DNA of 64,000 nucleotides. Origin: Chrysomallon squamiferum (Eukaryota; Animalia; Mollusca). Of this stretch, positions 43,977-56,979 are shown one piece after another. The notes under the pieces were generated by a model. The model did no database searches. It was not told where the DNA came from and saw nothing but the letters and a program-made list of their open reading frames with translations. The number at the start of each line of letters is the position of its first letter. The stretch's first letter is position 1. A program made the position numbers and the translations under genes. Location: NCBI GenBank assembly GCA_012295275.1, contig CM022672.1:18290001-18354000 (forward strand), read 5' to 3'.

Positions 43977-44813
43977 TATAACTCTCAGATATATACTCTC
44001 TATTATTAACGGCAACGAAATAAACCAATCGTCATCGGCGAGTCATATTTAACTAATGGACAAATTTAATGTTAAACGAGTGTCATGTCGGTTTATTACA
44101 CATATCTGTAACATTAACTATATCAAATGTTTCACTGTTTTGGTACAGAAAAGAAAAAATTAAAGAATAACCTCTTTTTTTTCTTTTTTTTTTTTTTTTT
44201 TTTACCATTTTAGTGAAAACATAATTTCCATCTGTTAGGCACCTGTGTAAAAGCCAAATGCTAACAAATTATTCCTTCTACAGATAACCCCTGCTGTGTT
44301 TAATACACAGAGAAAAATAAAATTTGCTTTTCAGCCAACTGGCTTCCTTTAACGGAAATAGATTTTAAAGATCGACTACCCCATTGCATGTTGCCATAGA
44401 TAACGATTTTTCAGCTTATGGAGTCGTTAGAATTGGCTCCCCTTACCGGAAATAGATTTTAAACACTGACTACAGCCATTGCGTGCTACTGTCGCTGACT
44501 TTATTTCACAGAACAGAAATATCTTGAGACTTGTTCTTCGTTTAATAGAAATATATATCGACAGAAGTAAAGTTCATTGTCTTTTGCTGTCGATCGTTTT
44601 GTTAAAATCTTGACATTACTGTGGGCAAGCTGGAATTATGGATTTGATCACACCGTTTTTAATATTTTAACATTGTGGGTTTCACTGCCGACAAGTAAAT
44701 TCAGACTGTTCATTTCTGGGTTTGATTCCAGAGTTAACAGTGCGCACGTAACATAAAACTGTTTATTTAGATGTTAAAACAATGATTTGCATTTCAAATT
44801 TCAGTACAGAGAG

Positions 44814-44862
<49 letters not shown>

Positions 44863-45301
44863 TAATAAATAATAATATAATATATATAACCAGGATTTGT
44901 TTGGAGGTTTAAATGAATGTATTATAAAATACAAGAAAAATTAATAAATGATACAAAGGTTTAAAGATTTATAGGTCTATATATTTGTTTTTCTGCAGTC
45001 AGATGAAGTCTTGTGGTGAAAAACAAAAACATTAGTAACTCTTGTTATGAAGATGGTTCATTATGAGAAAATAATCAGACATGTTAAAAGGTTCTGAAAA
45101 TGCTAATTGTAATTAAGTATTTTGTAAATATCGGTGGACTGTTCTGTGAATTACTCTGAAGTAGTTGTGTGTCACAAGAGATTATTTTTAACACTGACAA
45201 TGCTTTAGGCCACGAGATGTGAAGTTTTACGTGTACCACTCTTAATTTCCGTTAAGATCCGCCGAAACATAATAATAATAATAATAAAAAAAAATAATAG
45301 C

Positions 45302-45345
<44 letters not shown>

Positions 45346-46059
45346 CAGCAGCACACACTTAGATACAAATAGACACGTTGAGATACAGGCTGATTATTAT
45401 ATGAAATATATAGTCTGTAACTATAATAATGATGATTTACAAAATACACCTGAAATTACGACATTTCACAAGAGTAATGACCATGCGTTCCTCTATTTAC
45501 ACTAAGAATTATACTTTAAACACAAAATGTCTACGTTCACATTATCCTTACAATATGTCTATATCCAAAGAAAACATTATTAAAAATCGCAATACAAGTG
45601 TTTGTGTATGGTCCGTAACATGTTGTTTTTTTCGTTACCTTGGCCTTTGCCCTGCAGCCAGGGGGAAAAAAAAAAAAAAAAAAAAATCAGAACAATCTCT
45701 GATATTTCTCGATCATCTAATTCAGCTACATTTGCTTACAAGAAGAAGAAAAAAAAAGAAGATAATAGTACTGAAGTCTTTTCGTCTCAAAATAACCAAT
45801 TACCAAATCACATCGCTTAGCAGAGCACGTTAATGAGATTTCAGAAGGAATTAACATCAGAGATATGAACAGGTTTCATTAACACACAATAACGTCTTGT
45901 TTTCTTCTCAACTGACACAGAAAATCGTCCCTTCTGGTCGACAAAAGAAAATTGCACACAGCATGTTAGCTTAGATTCGCCGCTCTCGTTTAATTTAGTT
46001 ACTGGATGTCATTGTTGAAGTTCTGTTTTGCTGTTGTTTTCCTTGCCATTGTATGCCGA

Positions 46060-46760
46060 TTACGCTTGCTGTTGCTCTTGTTGTGGTTGGTGTTGTCGTA
46101 ACCTTGTGTGTTGTGTTGTACTAGCCCAATTATCGTCATTGTAAATTTAATCATTACAGCTGTTGTTTTTTTAAAGTTGTGTTTTTGTTGTTGTTTTTTT
46201 GTTCGTTTTGCTGTTGTTACTTATTACTGTTGCTCTTTGTTTCGTTGTCGTAATCGTTTGTGTTATGTTGTACTATCCCATTATTGTCATCTAATTTCAT
46301 CATTGTGAACTTTATCATTACAGCTGTTGTTTTTATTATAATTCTTTTTCTTACTTGTGTTTTTACTATAGTTCCTGTTGTGGTTGTTGTTGTCGTTATC
46401 TTTTATGTTATGTTGTACTAGCCCAGTTATCATCATTGTAATTTTATCACTGTAATCTTAATACTGCAGCTACTGTTTTTATTATAATTCTTTTTCTTGC
46501 AAGTGTTACTTATTACAGTTGTTGTTGTTGTTGTTGTCGTCGTAATCTTGTGTTACAATTACCGTCATTGTAATTTTATCACTGTGAAGTTTATACTGCA
46601 GCTACTGTTTTTATTATAATACTTTTTCCTTCTAGTGTTACTTATTATAGTTGCTGTTGTTGTTATTGTCGTTGACGTAATCTTGTGTGCTATTTCTACT
46701 AGCCCAGTTATCGCCATTGTAATTTCACTGTGATGAATTTAATCATTATAGCTATTGTTT
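46060..46760 (+). repeat. Diverged minisatellite, five ~135-150-bp units
   Basis: cgtaa(t/c)cttgtgt...tactagccca.ttatc.tcattgtaa...cagct..tgtttt recurs near 46097, 46249, 46393, 46541 and 46676. Confidence 0.85.
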
Positions 46761-47622
46761 ACACACACACATACACACATGGTTATCATCATCATTATAT
46801 ATATATATATATGTAGTTGTTGTTCTTCATGTTATTGTTACTTTTTTGCTGTGGCTTTTAGTTGTAGTAGTGTGTGATACGTAGTATTATTCCAGTTGTC
46901 GTAAATGTAATATTACCATGGTGATCTTCGTCATCATTGTTGTTGTTATTATTATTATTATAGTTGTTGCTGCTGCTGTTGGTATTGTTGTTATTTTTAT
47001 TATTATTGTTACTACTGTTATTGTTTCGTTGTTGTTGTTGTTGTTGATGTTATTATTATTATTATTATTATTTTAATAGTCTTCTATCACAGAATGAATG
47101 TTTGACTTACCAGAATAGCTGGCTTATCTGTATGACTAGGTTTGTCACATAATCAAGTGGACTTCTGCAATACCAAACATTCAGTGAAGCGCATCATTGC
47201 CACATACCAGTCAAAACAGTTGTCTAATCAGCCGAAAAGATTCAGAAAGGTTTCTTCGAATGTGTGTTTAATAAATAAATTTAAAAGAAAACAATATATT
47301 TCTCCTGTATACTGAAAGTTTTAATGGCATTACGCCAGACGTCACTGTTACAAGTCTGGCTGGAAAGAGTTCACGAAGGGAAGGCTGTCTGTATAATTAC
47401 AATAAAATTAAGAAAAATAACAAATATACGACTGGATTACTATTTTGACGAATAAATATTGTTGGCACATGGTCGGTATATGAATTAATATTAGTGTTAA
47501 TGATCAGTTTAAATTAAACTATTTGTCAAAATAAGTTAATAGCCACAAACAACAACACCTGCAACAACAACAGCAACAACAACAACAACAACAACAATAA
47601 TAAAATAAAGTAGTTGTAGTAT

Positions 47623-47668
<46 letters not shown>

Positions 47669-50326
47669 TGTAGTAGTAGTAGTAGTTGTAGTAGTAATAG
47701 TTGTTGTAGAAGTCAAAATAAATAAATAAATAAATAAATGAACAATTTTGTATTTACAATTCTGTATTCAGTATCTATTAGACTGAATTAGAATTACAGT
47801 CTATTGCTCAAAAACTAGAAGACTGACGCATTATTAACAAAAAACCGTTACGTTTTTGTTTTATTAATTAAACATGTACTTGTTGATGAAATTAACCAGT
47901 AATGTGTAATAAGTATTTTTTAGAGGTTTTGGTCCAACAATTATGTCAAATACATCTTTCTCTGTTTGCCTCTTGTAGAGTAGTCTTGTCTGTTGTAGCG
48001 TAGTAGCATTAAAACAAAATTAAAAATAAAACACGATATATATATTCGGAAGTAGATAATAACTTAATCAAGAAAAAACAAAAACAACCAACAATAACAT
48101 CAGCAGCAACAGCAACAATAACGACAGCGGTGTCGTTCCAGTTCAAAATAATTTATGTTCTCGTACACTATAGTCTCTATGACTGTGGTGATCCAGATTT
48201 TCTAATTGTCACGGAAATAGCAATAAATACAATTAAGCCTAAGGTTAATCAGTAGAAAAACTCATTTTCTACTTCATATATTTTGTCTACGATGCTATCT
48301 TTGCTGTTATTAAAACAGATGTTATGTTTTTATCTTTGACCTGGGTTTTTACACGTAGTCAGACTTTTGTTATAAAGCGTGAGACACCTGTGTACAGTAT
48401 ACATGCTGTCATTTAAAACGAAACAAAATAAAAAAACAACATCATTTAACTATCTGCACTAAATGAATTCTGTAGTTTTGATGAATTTGATTCAAGGAGT
48501 TGATTAGCGATGTTGCAAAGCAAGCATTTGTCACACGTATATGCAAAAATTGTTAAAACAACAACAACAACAGTAACAACAATAACAACAACAATAATAA
48601 TGGTGATGGTGATGATAATGGATGATGATGATGATGATGATAATAATAATAATAAATCATTGTTGTTGTTGTAGTTTTTTTTTTTACCCTAACCCTAACT
48701 GGCAGTACATTTTTGTTCTGAGATTAATATTGATTCATTAATTCATTTATTAAATCCTTTATAACTGGCGTTGTTGTTACTCTTATTAATATTATAATAT
48801 CAGCATTGCTGTTGAAATAAGTCAGAACTAAACAGACCATCAAACTTAATCATCCTCGACTAGCGATGTGGTGATGACTGAGCTATAATCCAAACAGTTC
48901 TTTGATATTTTGGATACTTTCAAAGAAAACCAGAATATCTGTAGAATGACATCGACATTACTTTTTCAATTCTTTTAACGTAGGCAGTATTTTGATTATA
49001 GTCAGTACTGTATGTTACTGTTTGTATCTGTTAAATTCTAATTATTTTAAAAGCAATTAATAAGTGTAGAATGTAATTAACATAAAAATTGTTAAATTAT
49101 GAATCAGTACGTTGATGTAATAAATCTCTAATTTTTTTTTTTTGATAAAGATAACAAAATAAAATATTTAGTTTTGTTTTATTGACATTTTATGCATGAT
49201 TCTCGGATACATTTTTTTTTTTTTTAATTTTACTTATTTATTATTTTTAAAATTATTATTATTATTTTTTTTACGATCAGTATATTTTATCCTGTTAGTG
49301 TATTGAAAATAAGTTATTAACAAAACCAGAGTACACAGTAAAATACGTCTGATTCAGTGTTTTGGTCAACATATATTATAAATTATTTACAAGTATTCTG
49401 TAAAATATTTGTGAATCTAGACTGGTAATTTATATATAATAACAACGAATTATTAAACAAAAAGTGTGATTTGTATTTAACAATCACTTTTATCACTATA
49501 TCTTCATACTATATGGTGCATTATTTCACAATCTGCTCTTCTGAAACGTATATGAAACATTACTGGTAAGTCTGGAGAAGTGACCAGTCTGAGTATGGAA
49601 AAGCATTAATCAAACAAGACCGCTGTGTGTAAACTGTATATGTAAATTAATTGGTCTGCAGTTATGATAAATTAATCAGACAATCTTGTATTACTATCAA
49701 ATTATTTATCGGAAAAGTTCTGTTTAGTCCAGAGTCTTAATCTGTGTATCACAGATTATCAGTCAAACAAGTATATAGGTTAAATAATAATCGCTGTCAA
49801 TAGTGTAAGACAAATTATCAAAATTAACGTTCTACAGCGGTGATCCTTGTACGATGTGTTATTACGCAATTTTACGTAACAGTCGTTTGTATTGTAAATT
49901 ATGGTTCAAACAAGGAACGCGAGTTACACACACTATTAATCAGTCTGTTGGTGCGTTCAGTGTGTAGAGAATTATTAACCAGGTTAAAGTTCGGGTAGAC
50001 TTTTCGTTGAGCTACAAACACGGCACATGGCTGGCTTGCTGACAGAAAGACTCTATCGATCTAATACGTTACTTTGTGTCCTCATTGATTTTGGAAGTCC
50101 CCGTCACGACACGTTACAGCTTCTGAAAGAACCAACCACTGCTGGGTTTTCCTTAGAATAGAGGCAGCAAAAAGGAAAAAAAAAAAAAAAGGTGTGTGTA
50201 TATATATATATAGAAATTTCAATGGCACAAATGAATGAACGTAAACTTGCTTAGCGTCACTTTAGCTAAATAGTTTTTATTAAATATTGACTACTAAATA
50301 TTATTACTACTACTACTACGACTACT

Positions 50327-50359
<33 letters not shown>

Positions 50360-50374
50360 GCTATTGTTGTTGTT

Positions 50375-50410
<36 letters not shown>

Positions 50411-50635
50411 ATTATGCCTAGGTTCGGGATTGGCCAGCAGAGATATATCTACGTTAAATCCTTTTTCTGTATTTTATAAACAGAAATAATTTTATACAGC
50501 ACGCAACGTCACCTTAATGAATAACAATGTTCCCCAGAAAGAAAGTGACAGCCGAGAAACCCTGCTTTCACAAATCCAAAATTTACTTTTACTAATACTA
50601 GTATACGCGTATTTTGCTTGCATCTTCATATAGAC

Positions 50636-50882
50636 CAGGGGTCGGCAACCTTATGCAGTGTTTTGGAGGAGGGCCAAGATATCAAATATATTATATCTCT
50701 CTCTCTCTCTCTGAATTCTATCTTCAATATTTAGCATTAAGAAGGATGCTAGGGGAAGGAAGTCTGCTGTGGTCTGGAGGTTTAAAGGAAAAACAACGAA
50801 GTTAATGTAATAATTGGTGTCCAAGTTTTCAGTTGACGGGTCGGACTAAAATCCGAAGCGAGCCAAGTATTGCCGATATTTG
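50636..50882. mobile_element. Non-autonomous hAT (Charlie-like) element / MITE, degenerate
   Basis: Left end CAGGGGTCGGCAACC, a typical hAT-Charlie TIR. The right end attgccgatatttg is a degenerate complement. The flanks atatagac / cattagac resemble an 8-bp NTCTAGAN-type target duplication. Confidence 0.55.
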
Positions 50883-52267
50883 CATTAGACATTCGGCAAT
50901 TGTTTGGAACGGGAAATTGTACAAAAGAGGAATAATGATCCTGCGACCGATCATGCCTTATTAACTACAGAACCGTTACTTAGAAATTCTAGAGAGGCGA
51001 ATAACGGCTTCCTTTTATGGTTTGACGAATTACCAAGTGGTTTTTCACACACATCACTCAGCAGGTGCTGTTTTATTGCGATTAACACACGCGAATCCGT
51101 GGACGTTAGCGTTGTTTTTAACCGAACACTTAAACATATTTAAAAACCATTAAATTACACTTATTGGATAAAACTTTATTGGTAACTGAGGCTGCCCACT
51201 GGCAAAGCAAAGTTCGGAGGTAAAAAAAAAAAAAAAAAAAAAAAAAAATAGAACTCCAATTTGCCTTTAAAGAAAGGCATGAATGCTCTCAATACGGCAA
51301 TCACCGACTTATTTAATTAAACCTGCGCTCCGTGCTGTTAAAAGCCATGCTTGGATTCGCCTTTGATTTCTTGATCGGGAAACCGTCTTTCAAGAGTAGT
51401 AGCCCGAGGTCAGTGTACGCCGTGTGTTGACGGGACACGTAAAGATGACGTGAAAACGTAATGTTTTTCTTTCTTCTTACACACACACACACACACTTCT
51501 TCTTTCGTGTTATTATAAAGTAATAAATAATTCGTTGTCAAGAGTTATTCCTCTAAGATTTCTATCGTTTGGGATTATTTATTTATTTTTTTTTTTTTTT
51601 TTTTATCAAATTTTATTAATTAATTAATATAGATGTGTATATGATTCGAAAAAAAACCCACCAAATTAATAAATTCTTCTCTGATCTGATGGGCGTTTTG
51701 ACTGAAACTAAATTGAAACAGTATTTGGACATCATATTGTGAATAGGTCAAAAGCCACTCATCCTTCTCTTTATATTTGTATCTGATCTGTTAATGAAAT
51801 AAACGCAATTACTTCCTTAGATTCAAATGGCAGACATTTGTCATTAAAATGTAACGTTACTGAATAGTAATAATAAAAATAACAAAGACAACACAACAAC
51901 AACAACAATAATAACAACAACAACAACAATAATAATAATAATAATAATACATTATAACAATAACAAAAAAAGTCAGCAGTATTAAAATAAGGTGAATGTT
52001 TATTTAATATACAAATAATGAAATTATGTCTGCTGTTTTTTCTAAATCATCTTTTATTGATGGCTCTGCGAGCCATGAAAATGAAAAATAACAAGATAAA
52101 CTGAGCGGAAAACAAACTTATGCTAAGATAATTGGTTATTTGATTTTCTTTTCTTTCACCAGATTATAATTTTTTAATTTCAATTACCTTTTTTTTTTGC
52201 ATTCTTTAATTATTTTTTTTTTTTTTTTTTTTTTTTTCCCCTGTCGATGATGTCGAGATTTTGCCTT

Positions 52268-52303
<36 letters not shown>

Positions 52304-52456
52304 GAAAAAAAAAAAAAGAAGAATAAACAGAAATAAATTAAGATGTACATAAAAAAGAAATTAGGTGTATGAATAAATGAAATTGTATGGAAAATTATTA
52401 TAAGATAAAAAGTTGAGGTGCGACTTTCAGAGAAAAAAAAGAGAATCAGAAGAGAG

Positions 52457-52550
<94 letters not shown>

Positions 52551-52552
<2 letters not shown>

Positions 52553-52670
52553 TACTCTAAAGTACAGAAGTTAAATATAATTAAATGAATAGGACGATAT
52601 GCAATATGCCCATTTATAGCTTCTACAAATAACTATTTTCACAGGCGTTACTGAATCCGCCGTCTGTTCA
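52551..52670 (+). repeat. Direct repeat copy 1 (after (AG)n), paired with 55442-55550
   Basis: agtactctaa...cagaagttaaatataatt.aatgaataggacgata...attttcacaggcgttactgaa.ccgc.gtctgt is present at both sites. Confidence 0.9.
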
Positions 52671-52918
52671 GAGAGAGAGAGTTTTTCTTGTGTATTTCAT
52701 TTAAAATGCAATTTAGCTGTATTCATTTACAGATTACTTCACTGTTACAGTACTGTCGTTAAGGCATTCTGTTTTTGTGTTGTGCTTAACCAAAGATTTA
52801 GATTTATTTACCTCTACAACTTTATATCGAAAGAATCGGAATTTTGAACACTGCTGCTTCAAAAGGATCAGTTAAACAAAAAAAAAAAATTTCAAAGAAG
52901 TGCCACACTTTGTGATAT

Positions 52919-53155
52919 CTTCACTGCACTTCACTGCACTTCACTGCACTTCACTGCACTTCACTTCACTTCACTGCACTTCATTTCACTTCACTTATCC
53001 ATTAACCTTGACGCTGGGGTACAACCAGTGCTTGTACAACCAGTTTATTCTCCGGTGCGTTCTGTGACTTTGGTGAACTGCGGTCCTTTCCATTCTCTGA
53101 TGATGTCTTTCCAACTCCCCTTCTCACTGCCTCGCCTTCATCTCTTTTTCACGCG
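52919..53155 (-). mobile_element. 5'-truncated RTE-clade LINE 3' end with tandem-repeat tail
   Basis: The minus strand translates VKKR*RRGSEKGSWKDIIREWKGPQF, matching the RTE C-terminal G.RRRGR.KKRW.D.I.EWTG pattern. It is followed by a short 3' UTR and an (AGTGA/AGTGC)n tail at 52996-52919. Confidence 0.75.
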
Positions 53156-53213
53156 TTACAACCCCCAGTGAAAAGAAAGAAAAAAAAAAAATATAAATAA
53201 ATAAATATATATA

Positions 53214-53252
<39 letters not shown>

Positions 53253-53910
53253 AATAAAACCCCACTGAAACAAGGAATAAAACAAAAGAATCGTAGAGAA
53301 TCATTCTGCTTTAAAAGTACGGACTGCCCAGCCTTAAAGACAAATTTATTATTATTAAAAAACACAACACCCAAAACAACAATTATAGGAAACCATTGAA
53401 TTATCTTAAAATAACGTAGTGTTAGTGGGTTAGAGAATCACCTGAAGATCAGCACAGAGAATCTGTACTGGATGAACGTACGTTAGTCATTACACGCAAT
53501 GACCTTTTTATACGTGTCTTTTTTGTTGTTTTTGTCAACGTCAACGAAACAAAAGCAGACGTTACTGCAGAGCTGCTTGTCACAGAAACACGAAGTTAAA
53601 TTTATTTCCACTCTCCCGTCTGGCGCTGATGTCGTGTCCACTATAACCGGAAATTGCATCATTTTATGTCGACGTATTTCGTGATAACAGGCGGATAACG
53701 GCATGCACGCTGTGACGTCCGGATGTCGTAGTAGTTGTCGTGGCACACAGTAAATGTCAAAAGGGCTTCGTAAGAAAAACGAAAAAAACCCGTGTTGTTA
53801 ATTATTTCTTTTTACAGTAATTTAATAGACTGGAAAGTGTGGTGCACGTTAAAGGATTAGCTTTGGGATTAATTAAGAGAATAGTTTTTTTTTATGAATA
53901 AATAAATGAA

Positions 53911-53942
<32 letters not shown>

Positions 53943-54610
53943 ACACATGACTCCTAATAATAGTTAATACTAAAATGTGATTACGTCGCTAAACTAAATA
54001 TTTTTCTTCTTTTTATTTCATTAATTATTTTTATTCACTATTTATTGGGGGCACGGAAGTCGCATTATCCCCACTGTTTTGAAACGTATGAAACATAATA
54101 TAACAACGATTTAAAATGTTTTAAAAACAGATATTGCGTGAGGCGGAGAAAGAAATTAATAACATATTTAGGATAGATCATCGAAAATGGGTGTAACTGC
54201 ATCTTGCCAATTACTGTACAGCTATTCCCTATCAAAATCATTTTATTCGTTTATCATACACATGAGACTAAATTTTTCATAGGAAACGACAATCATGACT
54301 GTAATAATAATAATAACGACGGCAACGATAATGGCTATACATTTTTTTTTTTTTTTTTTTTTTTAAAGTTTATAAGAGAAAATTAATGAAATCGAAAACG
54401 GAAGTGTATAACGGTTTTGGCTTGTCAACAAACACAAAAACCTCTCTCTCTCTCTCTCTCTCTCTCCTTCTTTCTAAAGAACTCCCAGGACATGGCTGTT
54501 TGCCAAGTCCCACTTGCAGCATTCATAACGCAAGCTCTGCAAACACATACTACAACAATTTTTTTAATTAAATTCAACACTCGCTAAATCTCAATGTCAT
54601 TACCTTGCAG

Positions 54611-55084
54611 ATGACAGTTCCATTATGGTACCAATATTACTGGAGATCTGTGCTATCTCCAACCTGACCCGTTCTAACCCGTCACAAGCCCGCTCTGCCG
54701 CTAACCCGCTAAAGCTCTTCTTCAGCCTCTCCGCTCCACACCGCAATAACGACGTGGCTGTCGACGCATCCATCAACGTGTCACCGCAGTGTAAATACTG
54801 TGGCATTCTAAACTGGTTTTCATTGTCTGGCCAGTGTTTAGAAGATCGAATCCGTCGTGATTGCTGTTTGCGCACCCACTTACAAGCTCGACGGCGAAAT
54901 CTCCGCAACGCAGGCGATGAATGGCGAATTCTTGTCAGACGTTGCCAAAACGATGTGTTAGCCCAAAGTGGCGTCGTCTTCCTCTCTTGTGTTTGGAATA
55001 AACTGCGTCGTCGTTTTTTAGTCTGGACGCTATCGTCAAACAGTTAAAACGAGGCCAGTGTGTCTCCTTTCATCCGGTTCAAGA
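54611..55084 (+). other. Candidate exon, coding status unresolved (140-aa ORF 54625-55047; overlapping minus-strand frame open 55043-54603)
   Basis: Clearly GC-richer than its AT-rich flanks. Acceptor ...cattaccttgcAG at 54609-54610, donor-like AAGA|GTTAGT at 55085, and an ATG in good context (attATGg). No homolog identified with certainty. Confidence 0.4.
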
Positions 55085-55361
55085 GTTAGTTTCCCCATTT
55101 TTTTTTTTTTTAATCAGGCCAACTCAGTAAATTTTTCTTATACCTTCTAATCTTTTCCTTTTCCTTTTCTTTGCTGACTGTTTGTTGTTCTCTAGACCTC
55201 TTCTTGTTTATATTCATATTATTTTCCGTTTACCAATTACTATTATTTTTGTTCTCATATTTAGCAAATACTTTTTAAAAACATTCACCTACATATATAA
55301 TAGTTAAACGCATAGAGAAAAGAGAGAACAACCAAAGAAATAAAGAGAGAAAGAGAGAGTT

Positions 55362-55441
<80 letters not shown>

Positions 55442-55443
<2 letters not shown>

Positions 55444-55550
55444 TACTCTAATACTTCACAGAAGTTAAATATAATTGAATGAATAGGACGATAAACAATA
55501 AGTCCATTTATAGTCCATTTTCACAGGCGTTACTGAAACCGCGGTCTGTA
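55442..55550 (+). repeat. Direct repeat copy 2 (after (AG)n), paired with 52551-52670
   Basis: See copy 1; offset ~2.9 kb. Confidence 0.9.
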
Positions 55551-55935
55551 AAACTCCTCTCAGTTTGTACTGAAACTTTGACGCTTGAACCTTGGCCCGG
55601 ACATCGTCTGCTTTGAGACAGGAAATCAAGACAAAGTGCTGCATGAGGAATAGCAATGATCGTTGTAGATTTGATATGATCATCGTATTTCCCTGAATAA
55701 TCTGCGTTTTATTTCTCAGGAGATGTCGCCCATTTTTTTTTTTTTCTCTCTCTCTGTGCAGAACCCAGTGACTGCCATAATGAATATATATGTGAGTTTA
55801 GCGTTATTGGGAAAAAGTTTATCGTGCACTCGTTTTTATTTATTTATTATTATCGTTTTATACCTGTGTGTAGAAGATTTATATGCTGATGCTGTCGTTG
55901 TTCCTATTCTTTACATCAACATCGTTATCCTTATT

Positions 55936-55979
<44 letters not shown>

Positions 55980-56874
55980 TATTATCACCTTGTGGTTGTT
56001 GTTGTAGTTGATGTTGTTGTTGCTGCTGGTAACCCTGAGAATATTATTAATCATATTTTTAAAGACAGACAAATATTTTTTTAACGAAACAAAAATTATT
56101 AATACAATCTGCTGATCACAAAATTAGTTTTTAAATAATTAATACTTTCATTCGAAATCTATAACGAAACATAAATCTAACGATGGAGACACCTTTTTTT
56201 GCATCATGCATTAATAATACAAGATTTTACAGCACCTTGATGAATCATTTGCTTTTATTACGTAAATACGGAGGACTGAACCCGCGACCATTTAGCTAAG
56301 AGACTTACTGGTTGCTAAACGATATTTATGTCGCTAATAAATAAAATTACACATATACACCGTCATGAAACTGAACGTCTAAATCGCAGTGGAAACTGAG
56401 CACATCTTAACGCCTGATAATTCTACGTGTTTATATTCACAGGGCTTGCTTCCTTCCTGTTCCTGGTTGTTTTAGAATCCCACGATGTGAGAGAGGTGTG
56501 AATGTTTTCCGTGACTCGCTTTCACTGATCAATCAGCTGCTGTTTGTCCTGGCATCCCAACACCATTGTAACGCGCGGGGCAAGGTAAACACCAACTGCA
56601 GAATGCAAACCCGTAGAACAAATAACAAAGAACAAAAACGGAATCAATTACTGCAGAAATAAATGTATATTAATGAGTTTGTTTTTGTAAACAGTGCTTT
56701 AGACTGTCGTTTGTTTCTGTACTTCTTGCTACACTTTTTTTTGTTTTTGTATAAAATCCAGGTGATCTGATATAAACAAATACATACATATATTCGTATA
56801 TGCACTGACACACCCAATCATATAAAAATAAATTAAGAAGCGACGGGTACACATATTCTCGTATGTTTTTTTCT

Positions 56875-56979
<105 letters not shown>

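Noticed and set aside
48686-48699. Telomere-like (TAACCC)2
   Set aside because: Only two units.
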